A DNA stretch of 27,879 bases from IMG/VR virus record IMGVR_UViG_3300017912_002763, positions 1 through 27,879 of that record; one strand, written 5' to 3'. The notes under the pieces are model-generated. The model had not been told where the DNA came from, did not search any database, and saw nothing but the letters and a program-made list of their open reading frames with translations. The position numbers were made by a program, and so were the translations under genes. Of this stretch, positions 1 to 8,796 are shown one piece after another; position 1 is the stretch's first letter, and every line of letters starts with the position of its first letter. Source of the DNA: a virus (Duplodnaviria; Caudoviricetes).

Positions 1-320
1 ATCCAATTCTCCAACTCGGGTAACGAACAGATAGGAAGGAAAGCAAGGTTTGGGGCCCGACCTTGAACAGAGTCCAGAAGTATTTGCCTTTTGAGATTAG
101 ACGTGAATATATGTTGTTCGTGTTTCGATAAATCATGGAAATCCTTTTTGTCTTTTGACACATCGACTTCTTCCGGTCTCCAGAAGAATCCTAATTGTTT
201 TTCTGTTATCTTTTCGATTTGTGGGTATTTAACTTGATCGTACCTTGCGATGTCAACACCTTCATCAAAAAACATATTCTTTTTTAAATGTGATTGTTTA
301 TTCTTTTTTAGAATTGGCAA
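1..320 (-). CDS. nrdB: Ribonucleotide reductase class Ia beta subunit, 5' part (runs off the window)
   Basis: Not in the ORF track. Manual translation from TTG at 320 (GGAG at 331-328): [61 protein letters not shown]...[19 protein letters not shown], typical NrdB; lies directly after nrdA. Confidence 0.95.
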   Translation of the reverse strand, partial: MPILKKNKQSHLKKNMFFDEGVDIARYDQVKYPQIEKITEKQLGFFWRPEEVDVSKDKKDFHDLSKHEQHIFTSNLKRQILLDSVQGRAPNLAFLPICSLPELENW

Positions 321-390
321 TTTCAAACTCCTTCAGTTTTTCTAATTCTTTATTTACTATTTTTTCGACATCTTCTATGTCAGGTAGCAT
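298..390 (-). CDS. Possible 30-aa peptide between nrdA and nrdB
   Basis: ATG at 390 gives [30 protein letters not shown]-stop, filling the intergenic gap and overlapping the nrdB start. Confidence 0.35.
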   Translation of the reverse strand: MLPDIEDVEKIVNKELEKLKEFEIANSKKE

Positions 391-400
391 ACACCAATCT

Positions 401-2698
401 TCAGATGACGCAGGCTTCGCAGTCTTCTTCGTCGATTCCCTCTGCAGTTTCGTTGATTTGGATTGGCTCATCTTCTATTTCTCCGGCTCCATCGTATGTA
501 TTAAAGTAATATAATTGTTTTAATCCATACTTATAAGCAGTCACTAAATCAGTTAACATCTCAGACATTGGAATCTTATTATCCTCATAGTGTTCTGGAT
601 TATAAGATGTATTGACCGAGATTCCCTGGTCTATATATTTTTGTAGTATACCACAAATGGCTAAATAACCTTGTGGTGATTTTTGGTCCCATAGTAAATC
701 GTACTTATTTTTTAGATGATATACGCCTGGTACAACCTGTGCCATTACACCATCTTTACTTTGTTTGTATGATACTAAAGCTCTAGGAGGTTCAATACCA
801 TTAGTACTATTACTAATCTGAGCGCTGGTTTCAGCCGGCATTAATGCCATTAAAGTTGAGTTTCGTATTCCGTTTTCTATGAGTTGTTTTCTTAACTCTG
901 CCCAAGGTAATCGTTCCTCATGCTTTATTAAATTATTTATCGCTCTTTTATATGTATCATTTGGGAGTTTTCCACGGGCATATTTTGTCTCATTTGATGA
1001 TAAACATGCACCTTTTTCTACAGCTAAATCAGCTGATGCTTTAATTAAGTAATAACTCCATGCTTCAGCATATTCATCTACAATTTTATATGCTGATTCA
1101 TCATACTTCAAATCTCTCTTTGCTAAGAAATATGCGAGGTTGATGATTCCCACTCCAAGGGGGCGTCTATTCTCAGTACCTCTTCTTGCCGCGGGAATAG
1201 GATACGATTGATAATCAAGTAGCTCGTCAAGAGCGCGAACAGCAAGATTACAATATTTTTCAAATTCATGTGGTTCATTTATTAGTCCCCAATTTATTGC
1301 TGATAGAGTACATAAAGAAATCTCTCCGTTTTCATCATCATAAGAATCTAAAGGAGTTGTTGGTAAATCTATTTCACAACATAGATTACTCATTCTTATA
1401 GGTGCTTTATCTGCATCAAACGCACCATGGTCATTTGCATGGTCCACGTTCATAAGATATATTCTACCAGTATCTTTTCTTTCTGTTAAGAACATTTGAA
1501 ATACATCCATGGCTGGTAAACTTTTCTTACGAATAGATGTAGCCCTTTCATATTTCTCATATAGTTCTTGGAATTTATCTTGGTCTGCAAAGAAAGCATC
1601 ATATAAACCTGGTACATCATTAGGGTCAAAGAAAGTTATATTACCACCTTCTAATAATCTCTCATACATCAACTTATTAAATTGAAATGCATAATCCATG
1701 TGACGTACTCTTGTTTCTTCAGTACCTTTATTATTTTTTAATACTACTAAGTCCTCAAACTCATAATGCCATAAAGGTAGATATACTGTAGCAGCTCCAC
1801 CCCTAACACCACCTTGAGAACATGATTTGACAGCCGATTGAAAGTATTTTAAGAACGGGATTAGCCCTGTATGTACAACAGAGCCATCTCCAATCTTAGC
1901 ACCTATTGCCCTTATAGAACCTGAGCCTATTCCTATTCCAGCTTTCTTACTTATATAACGAACAATGCTAGTAGCAGTAGCATTAATGGAATCCAAACTA
2001 TCTCCGGATTCAATAAGTACACATGACGAAAACTGTCTAGTAGGTGTTCGAACTCCTGCCATAATTGGCGTAGGTAGCGATATATAAAATTGACTAATCG
2101 CATCATAATACTCCTTGACATATTTAATTCTATTTTCTTTATATGCACTAAACAACGTAGCGGCTATCATCATATATAAAACTTGTGGTGTTTCATATAT
2201 TTGTTTTGTCCTTCTATCTTGGACTAAATATTTTCCACGGAACTGTTCCATTCCTGCGTATGTAAAACTATCATCTCTATCGTGTTTGATATAATCATTT
2301 AACTCAGCTAATTCTTTCATTGTATAAAGATTTAATATCTCTTTATCGTATACACCTAGGTCAACGTTCCTTTGAATAATCTCACATAGCCTTGGTGGAT
2401 TATATTGGCCATAAGCTTCTTTTCTCATTTTATATGATATAAGCCTGGCTGCTACAAATTGATAGTTGGGTGTATGTTCTGATATTAATTCAGCTGCTGA
2501 TTTAATTAACAACTCATGTATATCATAAGCTGGTATTTTATCATATAGTTGAATATTAGCTTTTAACTCGATTTCAGACATAGAAACATTTGTGATGCCT
2601 TCTACAGCCCACTCTAATACTTTGTGTACTTTATCGAGATTAAACGATTGTGTTGAACCGTCTCGCTTAGTGACAGTTATACCATTAATTCCATTCAT
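401..2698 (-). CDS. nrdA: Ribonucleotide reductase class Ia alpha subunit
   Basis: N-terminal ATP cone (VTKRDG), PTPIMAG, QFSSCVL, SNLCCEI catalytic motif, MPAETS, LYY, C-terminal CEAC. Confidence 0.98.
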   Translation of the reverse strand: MNGINGITVTKRDGSTQSFNLDKVHKVLEWAVEGITNVSMSEIELKANIQLYDKIPAYDIHELLIKSAAELISEHTPNYQFVAARLISYKMRKEAYGQYNPPRLCEIIQRNVDLGVYDKEILNLYTMKELAELNDYIKHDRDDSFTYAGMEQFRGKYLVQDRRTKQIYETPQVLYMMIAATLFSAYKENRIKYVKEYYDAISQFYISLPTPIMAGVRTPTRQFSSCVLIESGDSLDSINATATSIVRYISKKAGIGIGSGSIRAIGAKIGDGSVVHTGLIPFLKYFQSAVKSCSQGGVRGGAATVYLPLWHYEFEDLVVLKNNKGTEETRVRHMDYAFQFNKLMYERLLEGGNITFFDPNDVPGLYDAFFADQDKFQELYEKYERATSIRKKSLPAMDVFQMFLTERKDTGRIYLMNVDHANDHGAFDADKAPIRMSNLCCEIDLPTTPLDSYDDENGEISLCTLSAINWGLINEPHEFEKYCNLAVRALDELLDYQSYPIPAARRGTENRRPLGVGIINLAYFLAKRDLKYDESAYKIVDEYAEAWSYYLIKASADLAVEKGACLSSNETKYARGKLPNDTYKRAINNLIKHEERLPWAELRKQLIENGIRNSTLMALMPAETSAQISNSTNGIEPPRALVSYKQSKDGVMAQVVPGVYHLKNKYDLLWDQKSPQGYLAICGILQKYIDQGISVNTSYNPEHYEDNKIPMSEMLTDLVTAYKYGLKQLYYFNTYDGAGEIEDEPIQINETAEGIDEEDCEACVI

Positions 2699-2709
2699 AA
2701 TAATTATAT

Positions 2710-2743
2710 ATTATATCACAAATCAGTCGATTTGTAAACTGTT
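2710..2743 (-). promoter_or_regulatory. Sigma70-like phage promoter for nrdA
   Basis: AACAG-TTTACA(2738-2733)-17 nt-TATAAT(2715-2710), with extended TG. Confidence 0.85.
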
Positions 2744-2746
2744 ATT

Positions 2747-3286
2747 TTAGTCTTTTAACTGAACTTTGGCACCTACTGCAGGTTTGTCGTTAATAGTGAC
2801 ATTCCTATAATATACAACTACTTCTTGAACTTCTCTAATATATCTACGAAGCTCTTGCATATTACCACTCATTATTTCATAGTCGCCAATAGATATAGCC
2901 ATGAAAACTATATCGCCATTGTTTTGTTCTGCATTTTCCTCAAGGAATCTATCTAGATATGAATAACCTTCTGGCCAATCAGGATTTTCTTTACCATTCT
3001 TACATGAACCATCTTCATTTCTTTCTCTTTTACCTGATTCAGCATCCTTTACACATGGATTTGCAATTGGTGCTGTTGATACTACATGCCATTTAATATC
3101 TTCTAAATCAATGCCTCTAGGCATTTGTGGTTGAATGATTTGTATATCAATTGGTTTAGAACTAACTGTTATTGGTTTAGTTCCACCAAATGATGAACAA
3201 CCACTAATTATTAGGATTGATATCGCCGCTAGGATCGTCGAGCGAATCGAGTTCCCTGCTGTCGTTTTCAATTGTGTCAAATACAT
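2747..3286 (-). CDS. Outer-membrane lipoprotein, probable o-spanin (Rz1-like)
   Basis: Hydrophobic signal ending in lipobox IISG-C; overlaps the 3' end of the upstream TM/coiled-coil gene. Confidence 0.6.
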   Translation of the reverse strand: MYLTQLKTTAGNSIRSTILAAISILIISGCSSFGGTKPITVSSKPIDIQIIQPQMPRGIDLEDIKWHVVSTAPIANPCVKDAESGKRERNEDGSCKNGKENPDWPEGYSYLDRFLEENAEQNNGDIVFMAISIGDYEIMSGNMQELRRYIREVQEVVVYYRNVTINDKPAVGAKVQLKD

Positions 3287-3599
3287 CTTTCGTTCCTCTG
3301 TTAACCTTAGTTTCTAATAAACCAGGTTTTGCTATTGCTAATTTATTTAGGTTATGTCTTTTAAATATATCCATATACCTAGCTGCCTCAGCTTCAATTT
3401 GTGCATTTTTATTTATCATAGCATTCAAGGATTCACCTTGTTTTTCATATGATTCTTTTATTGCTTCAATTGCTTCTTTTTGTTGCTCAATAGCAACTTG
3501 TAGTTGGGCATTGTTTTGTTGTAATGTTTGGTTCTCTCCATATAACCACCAACAAGCTAATCCTAGAAGGAGAGTTAAACCGATAAAAAATTGTTGCAT
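3204..3599 (-). CDS. Membrane-anchored coiled-coil protein, probable i-spanin (Rz-like)
   Basis: N-terminal TM helix followed by Q/E-rich heptads; paired with the lipoprotein gene. Confidence 0.6.
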   Translation of the reverse strand: MQQFFIGLTLLLGLACWWLYGENQTLQQNNAQLQVAIEQQKEAIEAIKESYEKQGESLNAMINKNAQIEAEAARYMDIFKRHNLNKLAIAKPGLLETKVNRGTKDVFDTIENDSRELDSLDDPSGDINPNN

Positions 3600-3850
3600 T
3601 ATTCTTCCTCTATCTTATATCTTAATCCATTCATACCACGTATATGAACTTCTCTTCTATCTTCAGTTCTAAATTTTAATTCTTTGAAATTAGATTTAAT
3701 TATCTTTCTGACATGCTTAAACTCTTGGTCATCTGAGTTTCCCCATTGACTGTCGTAAGAAATGTTTATGGTATATCTGGTGCTAAACCAGCGTAGAATT
3801 CTTAACCAGAGTTCGTATAGGTAATCAAGTATTTTTCTTAATATTTTCAC
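3599..3850 (-). CDS. Hypothetical protein
   Basis: 83-aa ORF, stop overlaps the next start. Confidence 0.65.
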   Translation of the reverse strand: MKILRKILDYLYELWLRILRWFSTRYTINISYDSQWGNSDDQEFKHVRKIIKSNFKELKFRTEDRREVHIRGMNGLRYKIEEE

Positions 3851-4064
3851 GTGCTGCTCTCCTTGCGAGGATACGTTCTACAAACTTTTTACCCTCTTTA
3901 GTTCTGCCATCATATACTGATTTTTTGACTCTGTCTTTATGTTTTTTATGTTTATCTTTAGGCATCATATCTGCTGGCATTGATACACCACCATGACCTA
4001 CTGCATTTGCTGCAGCATCTTCCCATTGCTTGTTATATTCTGCGAATGACATTCCGTTTCTCAT
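3825..4064 (-). CDS. Small basic hypothetical protein, possibly virion-internal
   Basis: MSFAEYNKQWE-DAAANAVG N-terminus and K/R-rich body; coupled to neighbours. Confidence 0.65.
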   Translation of the reverse strand: MRNGMSFAEYNKQWEDAAANAVGHGGVSMPADMMPKDKHKKHKDRVKKSVYDGRTKEGKKFVERILARRAARENIKKNT

Positions 4065-4645
4065 CTTGTTATATCCTGATTTGATACATATATCTTTTGC
4101 CCAGTGGGAATATGTTTTACCTCATATATATTTATACCATTTACAACCTTAACTGGTATAAGAAAATCATCAACTTTTACTTTTGTTCTAGCAAAAGCAA
4201 TTAGTTCTTTATTCTTATTATCTAAATGGTCGTTTAATAACATATACGTTCCAGGCATTAGTTCATCATCTCTCATAAACCATGAACTCTCATATATATC
4301 TACTGGGTCAAATTCGTATCCTAAAGCTTCTTCAATTACTTCTTTTATTTTTTTATCTGACATACCAGTTTGTTCTTTTAATAATAACATGGCAGCTGCG
4401 TATGAAGCCACAGTTGATTTGCCACCTGGTACTTTCATTATTAATCTTTTAATATTAAAAACTATTCTATGGAATATAGTATAATTTTTCTTTTGTTCTG
4501 ATGTTCTTTCTTTTGCTGGTACTAGTACTTTATAGTTCTTATCAATAACACCTGTTTTAAATGCACCGGTTTTTTCAACTTTCATAGTCAATAACCGTAA
4601 GAATCTTACGGCGTATCCAAAATCTGCTAGTGCTGAAAAACTCAT
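4061..4645 (-). CDS. Conserved hypothetical protein of T4-like aquatic phages
   Basis: 194 aa, ATGA-type overlaps on both sides; YAVRFLRLL...AFKTGVID and YTIFHRIVFNIKRL segments resemble a family I recall from marine T4-like phages. Confidence 0.75.
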   Translation of the reverse strand: MSFSALADFGYAVRFLRLLTMKVEKTGAFKTGVIDKNYKVLVPAKERTSEQKKNYTIFHRIVFNIKRLIMKVPGGKSTVASYAAAMLLLKEQTGMSDKKIKEVIEEALGYEFDPVDIYESSWFMRDDELMPGTYMLLNDHLDNKNKELIAFARTKVKVDDFLIPVKVVNGINIYEVKHIPTGQKIYVSNQDITR

Positions 4646-5010
4646 AGTTTTCTTAGTACCTCTACAATATATGGGTCCAAGCCCACATCTACTTTCTCAT
4701 TTTCTGGTAGGTAATGTAAGTATACTAAGAATGGTTTGATATAATGCCAATGTTCTTCATTGATTTTAAACCACATCATTTTATTACATGGTTCAATTCC
4801 AAAGACATTATATAGAACTATTATATGATTTAGTATGAGCCTTTCCTGGAGTTCACCATGTTGTTCATACCTTTTTAATAATCTCTTAAGATACTTAAAC
4901 CTATTTAGGTCTTGTTTAAACTCTTCTACATCAACACATTCTGGATTATTATAATGGTTTGCTGCAAAAAGTTTAAAGTTCCTATTTGTCAATTCATCAA
5001 ATATTTTCAT
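4642..5010 (-). CDS. Conserved hypothetical protein of T4-like aquatic phages
   Basis: HYNNPEC...DLNRFKYLKRLL...ERLILNHIIVLYNVFG, a family common in cyanomyovirus-like genomes. Confidence 0.8.
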   Translation of the reverse strand: MKIFDELTNRNFKLFAANHYNNPECVDVEEFKQDLNRFKYLKRLLKRYEQHGELQERLILNHIIVLYNVFGIEPCNKMMWFKINEEHWHYIKPFLVYLHYLPENEKVDVGLDPYIVEVLRKL

Positions 5011-5043
5011 TATAAATTATATATACCAGTTAAGTGGTAAGTT

Positions 5044-5553
5044 TTATTTTACGAAGTCGTATTCCATATCATCAGCCCAATATATAGACCATTTGCCATA
5101 TATTGCTGATGAAATATAAGTGTATCGAGGGGTACCTTTATACTCACCCTCCATTGGTTCAAAAATAATTGTTGTATAACCAGGTTTCCACTTTCTAGTT
5201 TTTTCTCCAACAGCCTGTACTAAATAATGTATTTTTTCAATAGCGTTATGTTGAGCATAATCTCTCTCAACTGACTCATCGGATAATATATCACCAATTA
5301 CTTTAGCGTATTTCTTTTTAAAATCATCTACACTTTTTGCTATAACTTGTCTTGGATTAGCTTGTTGTCCATAAGGCGTTACCCCTAATCCAAGTATTTT
5401 AACTCTTACATCTTCTCCAAAAGGATTATCTCCTTTTTTAAATCCAGACCTTTTAGCTAAACTGCCTTTCGCATGTACTTCGACTTTATCACCAGCTTTA
5501 ATTTTGCTTTGATTTATTTTACCTTCTGATAAATACTGTTTAAAATTTTTCAT
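5044..5553 (-). CDS. Putative internal head protein
   Basis: N-terminus MKNFKQYLSE resembles the T4 capsid-targeting sequence MKTYQEFIAE. Confidence 0.65.
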   Translation of the reverse strand: MKNFKQYLSEGKINQSKIKAGDKVEVHAKGSLAKRSGFKKGDNPFGEDVRVKILGLGVTPYGQQANPRQVIAKSVDDFKKKYAKVIGDILSDESVERDYAQHNAIEKIHYLVQAVGEKTRKWKPGYTTIIFEPMEGEYKGTPRYTYISSAIYGKWSIYWADDMEYDFVK

Positions 5554-5556
5554 AGC

Positions 5557-6024
5557 TTAACCTCTAAATGGTTCTCTCTTAATTGCTGAAGGAGCTTGGT
5601 CTTGTCCTTCAGGTGCTTTACTAAAGTCTCTGACTTTATCGCTGATTTTTATTACTCTCTTCATATTTTCTTTTGCATCTTTTGCTGCAAATTTCTTTAG
5701 TTCAGCAGCTTTCAATGTACCTGTTGAATCGACCATATACATCATACCTTGGTCGCCACTACCGCCATCTGCAACTTCTTTATGACCAGCAACACCTAAT
5801 ACATATTTACCATCACTATAGTAAATATAATCTTCGTTTTCGCCATCAAAGTTTATACCTTGAGCAACTACAGGTTTTCCAATAAGATGGAATCGCATAG
5901 GATTATAATTAACAATACTTAAATCAGGATAATCACCACGTCCACCAGTAGATTTCCATAGCCTCTCTCCCATAGGACCTTCTTGTAAATTTATTACTTT
6001 CTTTTTAAACTCAAAGTAATCCAT
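5557..6024 (-). CDS. Hypothetical protein, possibly internal head protein
   Basis: 155 aa; N-terminus MDYFEFKKKVINLQE ends in an LxE site. Confidence 0.6.
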   Translation of the reverse strand: MDYFEFKKKVINLQEGPMGERLWKSTGGRGDYPDLSIVNYNPMRFHLIGKPVVAQGINFDGENEDYIYYSDGKYVLGVAGHKEVADGGSGDQGMMYMVDSTGTLKAAELKKFAAKDAKENMKRVIKISDKVRDFSKAPEGQDQAPSAIKREPFRG

Positions 6025-6923
6025 TAGTCAGACTCGTTATCACCTTTATAGTTCTTATCTACGTAATTAAAGAACTCTTTTTTCTTAACATCATCTAATT
6101 CAGCTGGAGATTTAACACCATACTTTTTCAATGCTTTGTTAAAGAACGCTTGATATTTCTTTTGCTTCTCAGATTCCTCTTTTGCTGCTTCGTCGGTTTC
6201 GTCTTCATCGTCATCGTCGTCGTCATCATCATCGTCATCGTCGTCGTCATCATCGTCCTTTTTACCATTGCCATTTTTCTTTGGCTCAGCCGGTTTTACA
6301 TCCATGGCCATTTCTTTTTTAGACTTAGCTGCTTCAAATAACTCTGGGAATACATCTTCAATATCACCATCATCCATACCATACATTTCAGGGTCTTGCA
6401 AGAATTTTAAAATCATTGCTTTATCACCTTTAATATCAGCTGTTTGGTTTGATGTAGGTTTAATATCTACTTTATATTTTCTTTTAGCGTCGGCTCTCAA
6501 TTTATTGTCGCCGATAAAATCTATATCTAGAGCTGTTTTACCTCGACCTGGTCTCTTTTTTAAGCGCTCGTTTATTACCGCCTCATCTATTTGAACTACA
6601 ACTTCTTCTTTCATGACTGAACCATCAGGTCTTTCACCAGATTTCTTAACAGCATGCTTTCCTTTAAAGCCTCGTTCTCCCATTTTTGAACCCATGTTTC
6701 CATCAGGAACTCTTGGCTCATCTACTTCAGCTACAACAATATTCAATACTTGTTTATCACGGTTATCTACTACGTATTTATTGGCAGCTTCTTTAGTAGC
6801 AAAGCCTTTTACTACTTTACCGTCAGTGTCAACAACATTGAATTTAACTGGAGCTGGTTTTCCTTCCATAACATTCTTAACAGAATTTGCTATGTCAAGA
6901 GTAATGTCGTCATTAAATTTCAT
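6024..6923 (-). CDS. Charged low-complexity protein, putative prohead core/internal protein
   Basis: AGGAG RBS; several [ILVM]xE sites, a 17-Asp run, C-terminal YQAFFNKALKKYGVKSP module. Confidence 0.65.
   Translation of the reverse strand: MKFNDDITLDIANSVKNVMEGKPAPVKFNVVDTDGKVVKGFATKEAANKYVVDNRDKQVLNIVVAEVDEPRVPDGNMGSKMGERGFKGKHAVKKSGERPDGSVMKEEVVVQIDEAVINERLKKRPGRGKTALDIDFIGDNKLRADAKRKYKVDIKPTSNQTADIKGDKAMILKFLQDPEMYGMDDGDIEDVFPELFEAAKSKKEMAMDVKPAEPKKNGNGKKDDDDDDDDDDDDDDDDDEDETDEAAKEESEKQKKYQAFFNKALKKYGVKSPAELDDVKKKEFFNYVDKNYKGDNESD
6207..6257 (-). repeat. GAT/GAC trinucleotide tract encoding poly-Asp (17)
   Basis: Read directly from the sequence; mixed GAT and GAC codons. Confidence 0.9.
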
Positions 6924-6948
6924 TTCTTTCTCCTAATTAAAATCTATC

Positions 6949-7266
6949 CTATCCTGGATAGTTGTGGATTATAAATTCCCACGTAATAGCTGATATTAAA
7001 CCAACTACTACTACCCAAAATACTTTGTTGATTAAAGTGACTGTAGAACTGTTTTGGGTGACCATATTTTCTACCTTGTCTATTCTATTTATAAGATTTT
7101 GAATTTGTTCAGACTGTTGTTTACTAAAAGCTGTTAAAGTATGAATCTTCTCTTCAGCTCTGGCTAATGCTATAACTGCATCAGCTAAGCTATCAAGTTT
7201 CTCTTCAATACGGTCTAATCTTTGTGACTGTACCGTATATACTTGACTCATTTCTTTATCTGACAT
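6949..7266 (-). CDS. Coiled-coil protein with C-terminal TM helix
   Basis: Heptad repeats (RLDRIEEKLDSLADAV...) then FWVVVVGLISAITW. Confidence 0.7.
   Translation of the reverse strand: MSDKEMSQVYTVQSQRLDRIEEKLDSLADAVIALARAEEKIHTLTAFSKQQSEQIQNLINRIDKVENMVTQNSSTVTLINKVFWVVVVGLISAITWEFIIHNYPG
7086..7093 (-). promoter_or_regulatory. Possible internal T4-type late promoter TATAAATA
   Basis: Exact TATAAATA about 160 nt upstream of the 6923 start; could arise by chance in AT-rich DNA. Confidence 0.4.
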
Positions 7267-7529
7267 TTCTTTACTATCCTACATTTTAGAATATTATAAC
7301 CTTTAATAAGTCTATGATACTCTCCTTCCGGTATATCAAAGACCATCCCTTTTTGAAGATGATATGGCATACAATTTTCGTATTGAAATTGCCACCCTTC
7401 ACCTTCTAAAACTTCTATTTCTCGTTCTTCTTTATCTCGATGCCAAACAAATTCAGCATCATCACGAGAGGGGTCAAACTCCCTTATATCGCCGTCTTCC
7501 CAGTACGGTTTACCAAAAGTAATTTCCAC
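7248..7529 (-). CDS. Small cupin-like protein
   Basis: WHRD...E.EVLEGEGW...IPEGEYHRL pattern fits a cupin beta-barrel with metal ligands. Confidence 0.6.
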   Translation of the reverse strand: MEITFGKPYWEDGDIREFDPSRDDAEFVWHRDKEEREIEVLEGEGWQFQYENCMPYHLQKGMVFDIPEGEYHRLIKGYNILKCRIVKKCQIKK

Positions 7530-7890
7530 CGCCCTTTAACCCCAATTCTTTAGCATACTGTGGTAATCTACATGCCCAGTATCCTGCTTTCGTTTTATCT
7601 TTTTTCATATCACAATTATGACGTGAAGCAAAGTTTCTTGCTGCATCTCGGTCATTTATATCTGACCTTAATCCACCTTTCACATCACCAAATTCTATTT
7701 TGATAACATTTCCTGTGTCAGGTTTCTTAACGTATACAACGTATTTTTTATCTCCACCACTACGACTAGGTTTATTTAATTCAACCTCTCTACCATCGTA
7801 AGTTGCTTCTACCATAGGTTGTTCTAAAGGAACCCATGCACCTTCGTATAATCCAAATCTTTCGTCTGAAAACTTAGCCACCGAACTCAT
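7510..7890 (-). CDS. Conserved viral hypothetical protein
   Basis: KKYVVYVK...IEFGD...NFASRHNC...AGYWAC motif string, familiar from aquatic phages. Confidence 0.7.
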   Translation of the reverse strand: MSSVAKFSDERFGLYEGAWVPLEQPMVEATYDGREVELNKPSRSGGDKKYVVYVKKPDTGNVIKIEFGDVKGGLRSDINDRDAARNFASRHNCDMKKDKTKAGYWACRLPQYAKELGLKGGGNYFW

Positions 7891-8395
7891 GACCTGCGAC
7901 CCTCTTCATTTGTTTTACAAACTCTGCATAGCTTGGTTTTGTTTTATATAACTTAATTGAAATCTCATCACGTTCTTTTCCTTTGATTCTCCAATTAATT
8001 CCTTTGTCCTTATGTTCTGGTTTAGTTGCTTTTACAACTCTTCTTTTATAACCATCTTCCCATGATTCACCTTTTCTTTTACCAGTACCTTCTTTAAATC
8101 CATATTTCTTTTTAAGCATATTCATAGCGGTTGCAATCTTTACAGATTTCCAATCCTTTCCATACCTAGCTTTAAAATCTTTATCAGGTAAATCCTTTGC
8201 TAGTTTCTCTAACTCTTTTTCTCTCGCTGGAGTGAGTTTGAAATCACTAGCCTCTTGAGCTGCTTTCATAGCTGCTGCAGTTGGTGCACCCTTCTCACCT
8301 TTCTTACGCATTCTTTCACCACGCTTTCTTTTAGCATGTATGTTAGCCCATAAGCCTTTGCTTTTTTCATCTATAAATTCTTTAAAACTTATCAT
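7874..8395 (-). CDS. Basic modular putative internal head protein
   Basis: MISFKEFIDE N-terminus; K/R-rich modules separated by Glu sites. Confidence 0.7.
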   Translation of the reverse strand: MISFKEFIDEKSKGLWANIHAKRKRGERMRKKGEKGAPTAAAMKAAQEASDFKLTPAREKELEKLAKDLPDKDFKARYGKDWKSVKIATAMNMLKKKYGFKEGTGKRKGESWEDGYKRRVVKATKPEHKDKGINWRIKGKERDEISIKLYKTKPSYAEFVKQMKRVAGHEFGG

Positions 8396-8796
8396 TTCTT
8401 TATATCATACCTATATAAGTAATTCTTTTGTTGACCTTTATCTGTGACTTTATAACCAGCCATTTGAGCTAAATTATCTAAGTAAGCTAATCCATCTTTC
8501 TTATTTCTTTTAATTCTTTTTTCTATTTGTGCTTTTAAACCTTCTAAAATCGAGTCTATAATAAATCTTTCAGGCATCACTAATGCTGATTCATTCGTTT
8601 TTCCTTCATTTACATCCTCATACATAGGTGCTAAAGCTTTAATTACTTTACCTAATATAAATGGGTCTATAGCTGCTATCATATCAGCATCTTTTCTACT
8701 AAGATTTTTTATACCTTTTATTTTATTATAAATGTTAGTATATCTAACTTCTTGTAGTCCTATTGATTGTAGGTGTGCATCTTTCCAATTTGGCAT
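8392..8796 (-). CDS. Hypothetical protein
   Basis: 134 aa, coupled on both sides; LQE/VNE/TNE sites. Confidence 0.65.
   Translation of the reverse strand: MPNWKDAHLQSIGLQEVRYTNIYNKIKGIKNLSRKDADMIAAIDPFILGKVIKALAPMYEDVNEGKTNESALVMPERFIIDSILEGLKAQIEKRIKRNKKDGLAYLDNLAQMAGYKVTDKGQQKNYLYRYDIKK

Noticed and set aside
401-2698. Intron or intein in nrdA (also considered for uvsX and 41)
   Set aside because: Lengths are ordinary and motifs are contiguous.
4129-4136. Additional TATAAATA late promoter
   Set aside because: Intragenic and plausible by chance at this AT content; no further support.
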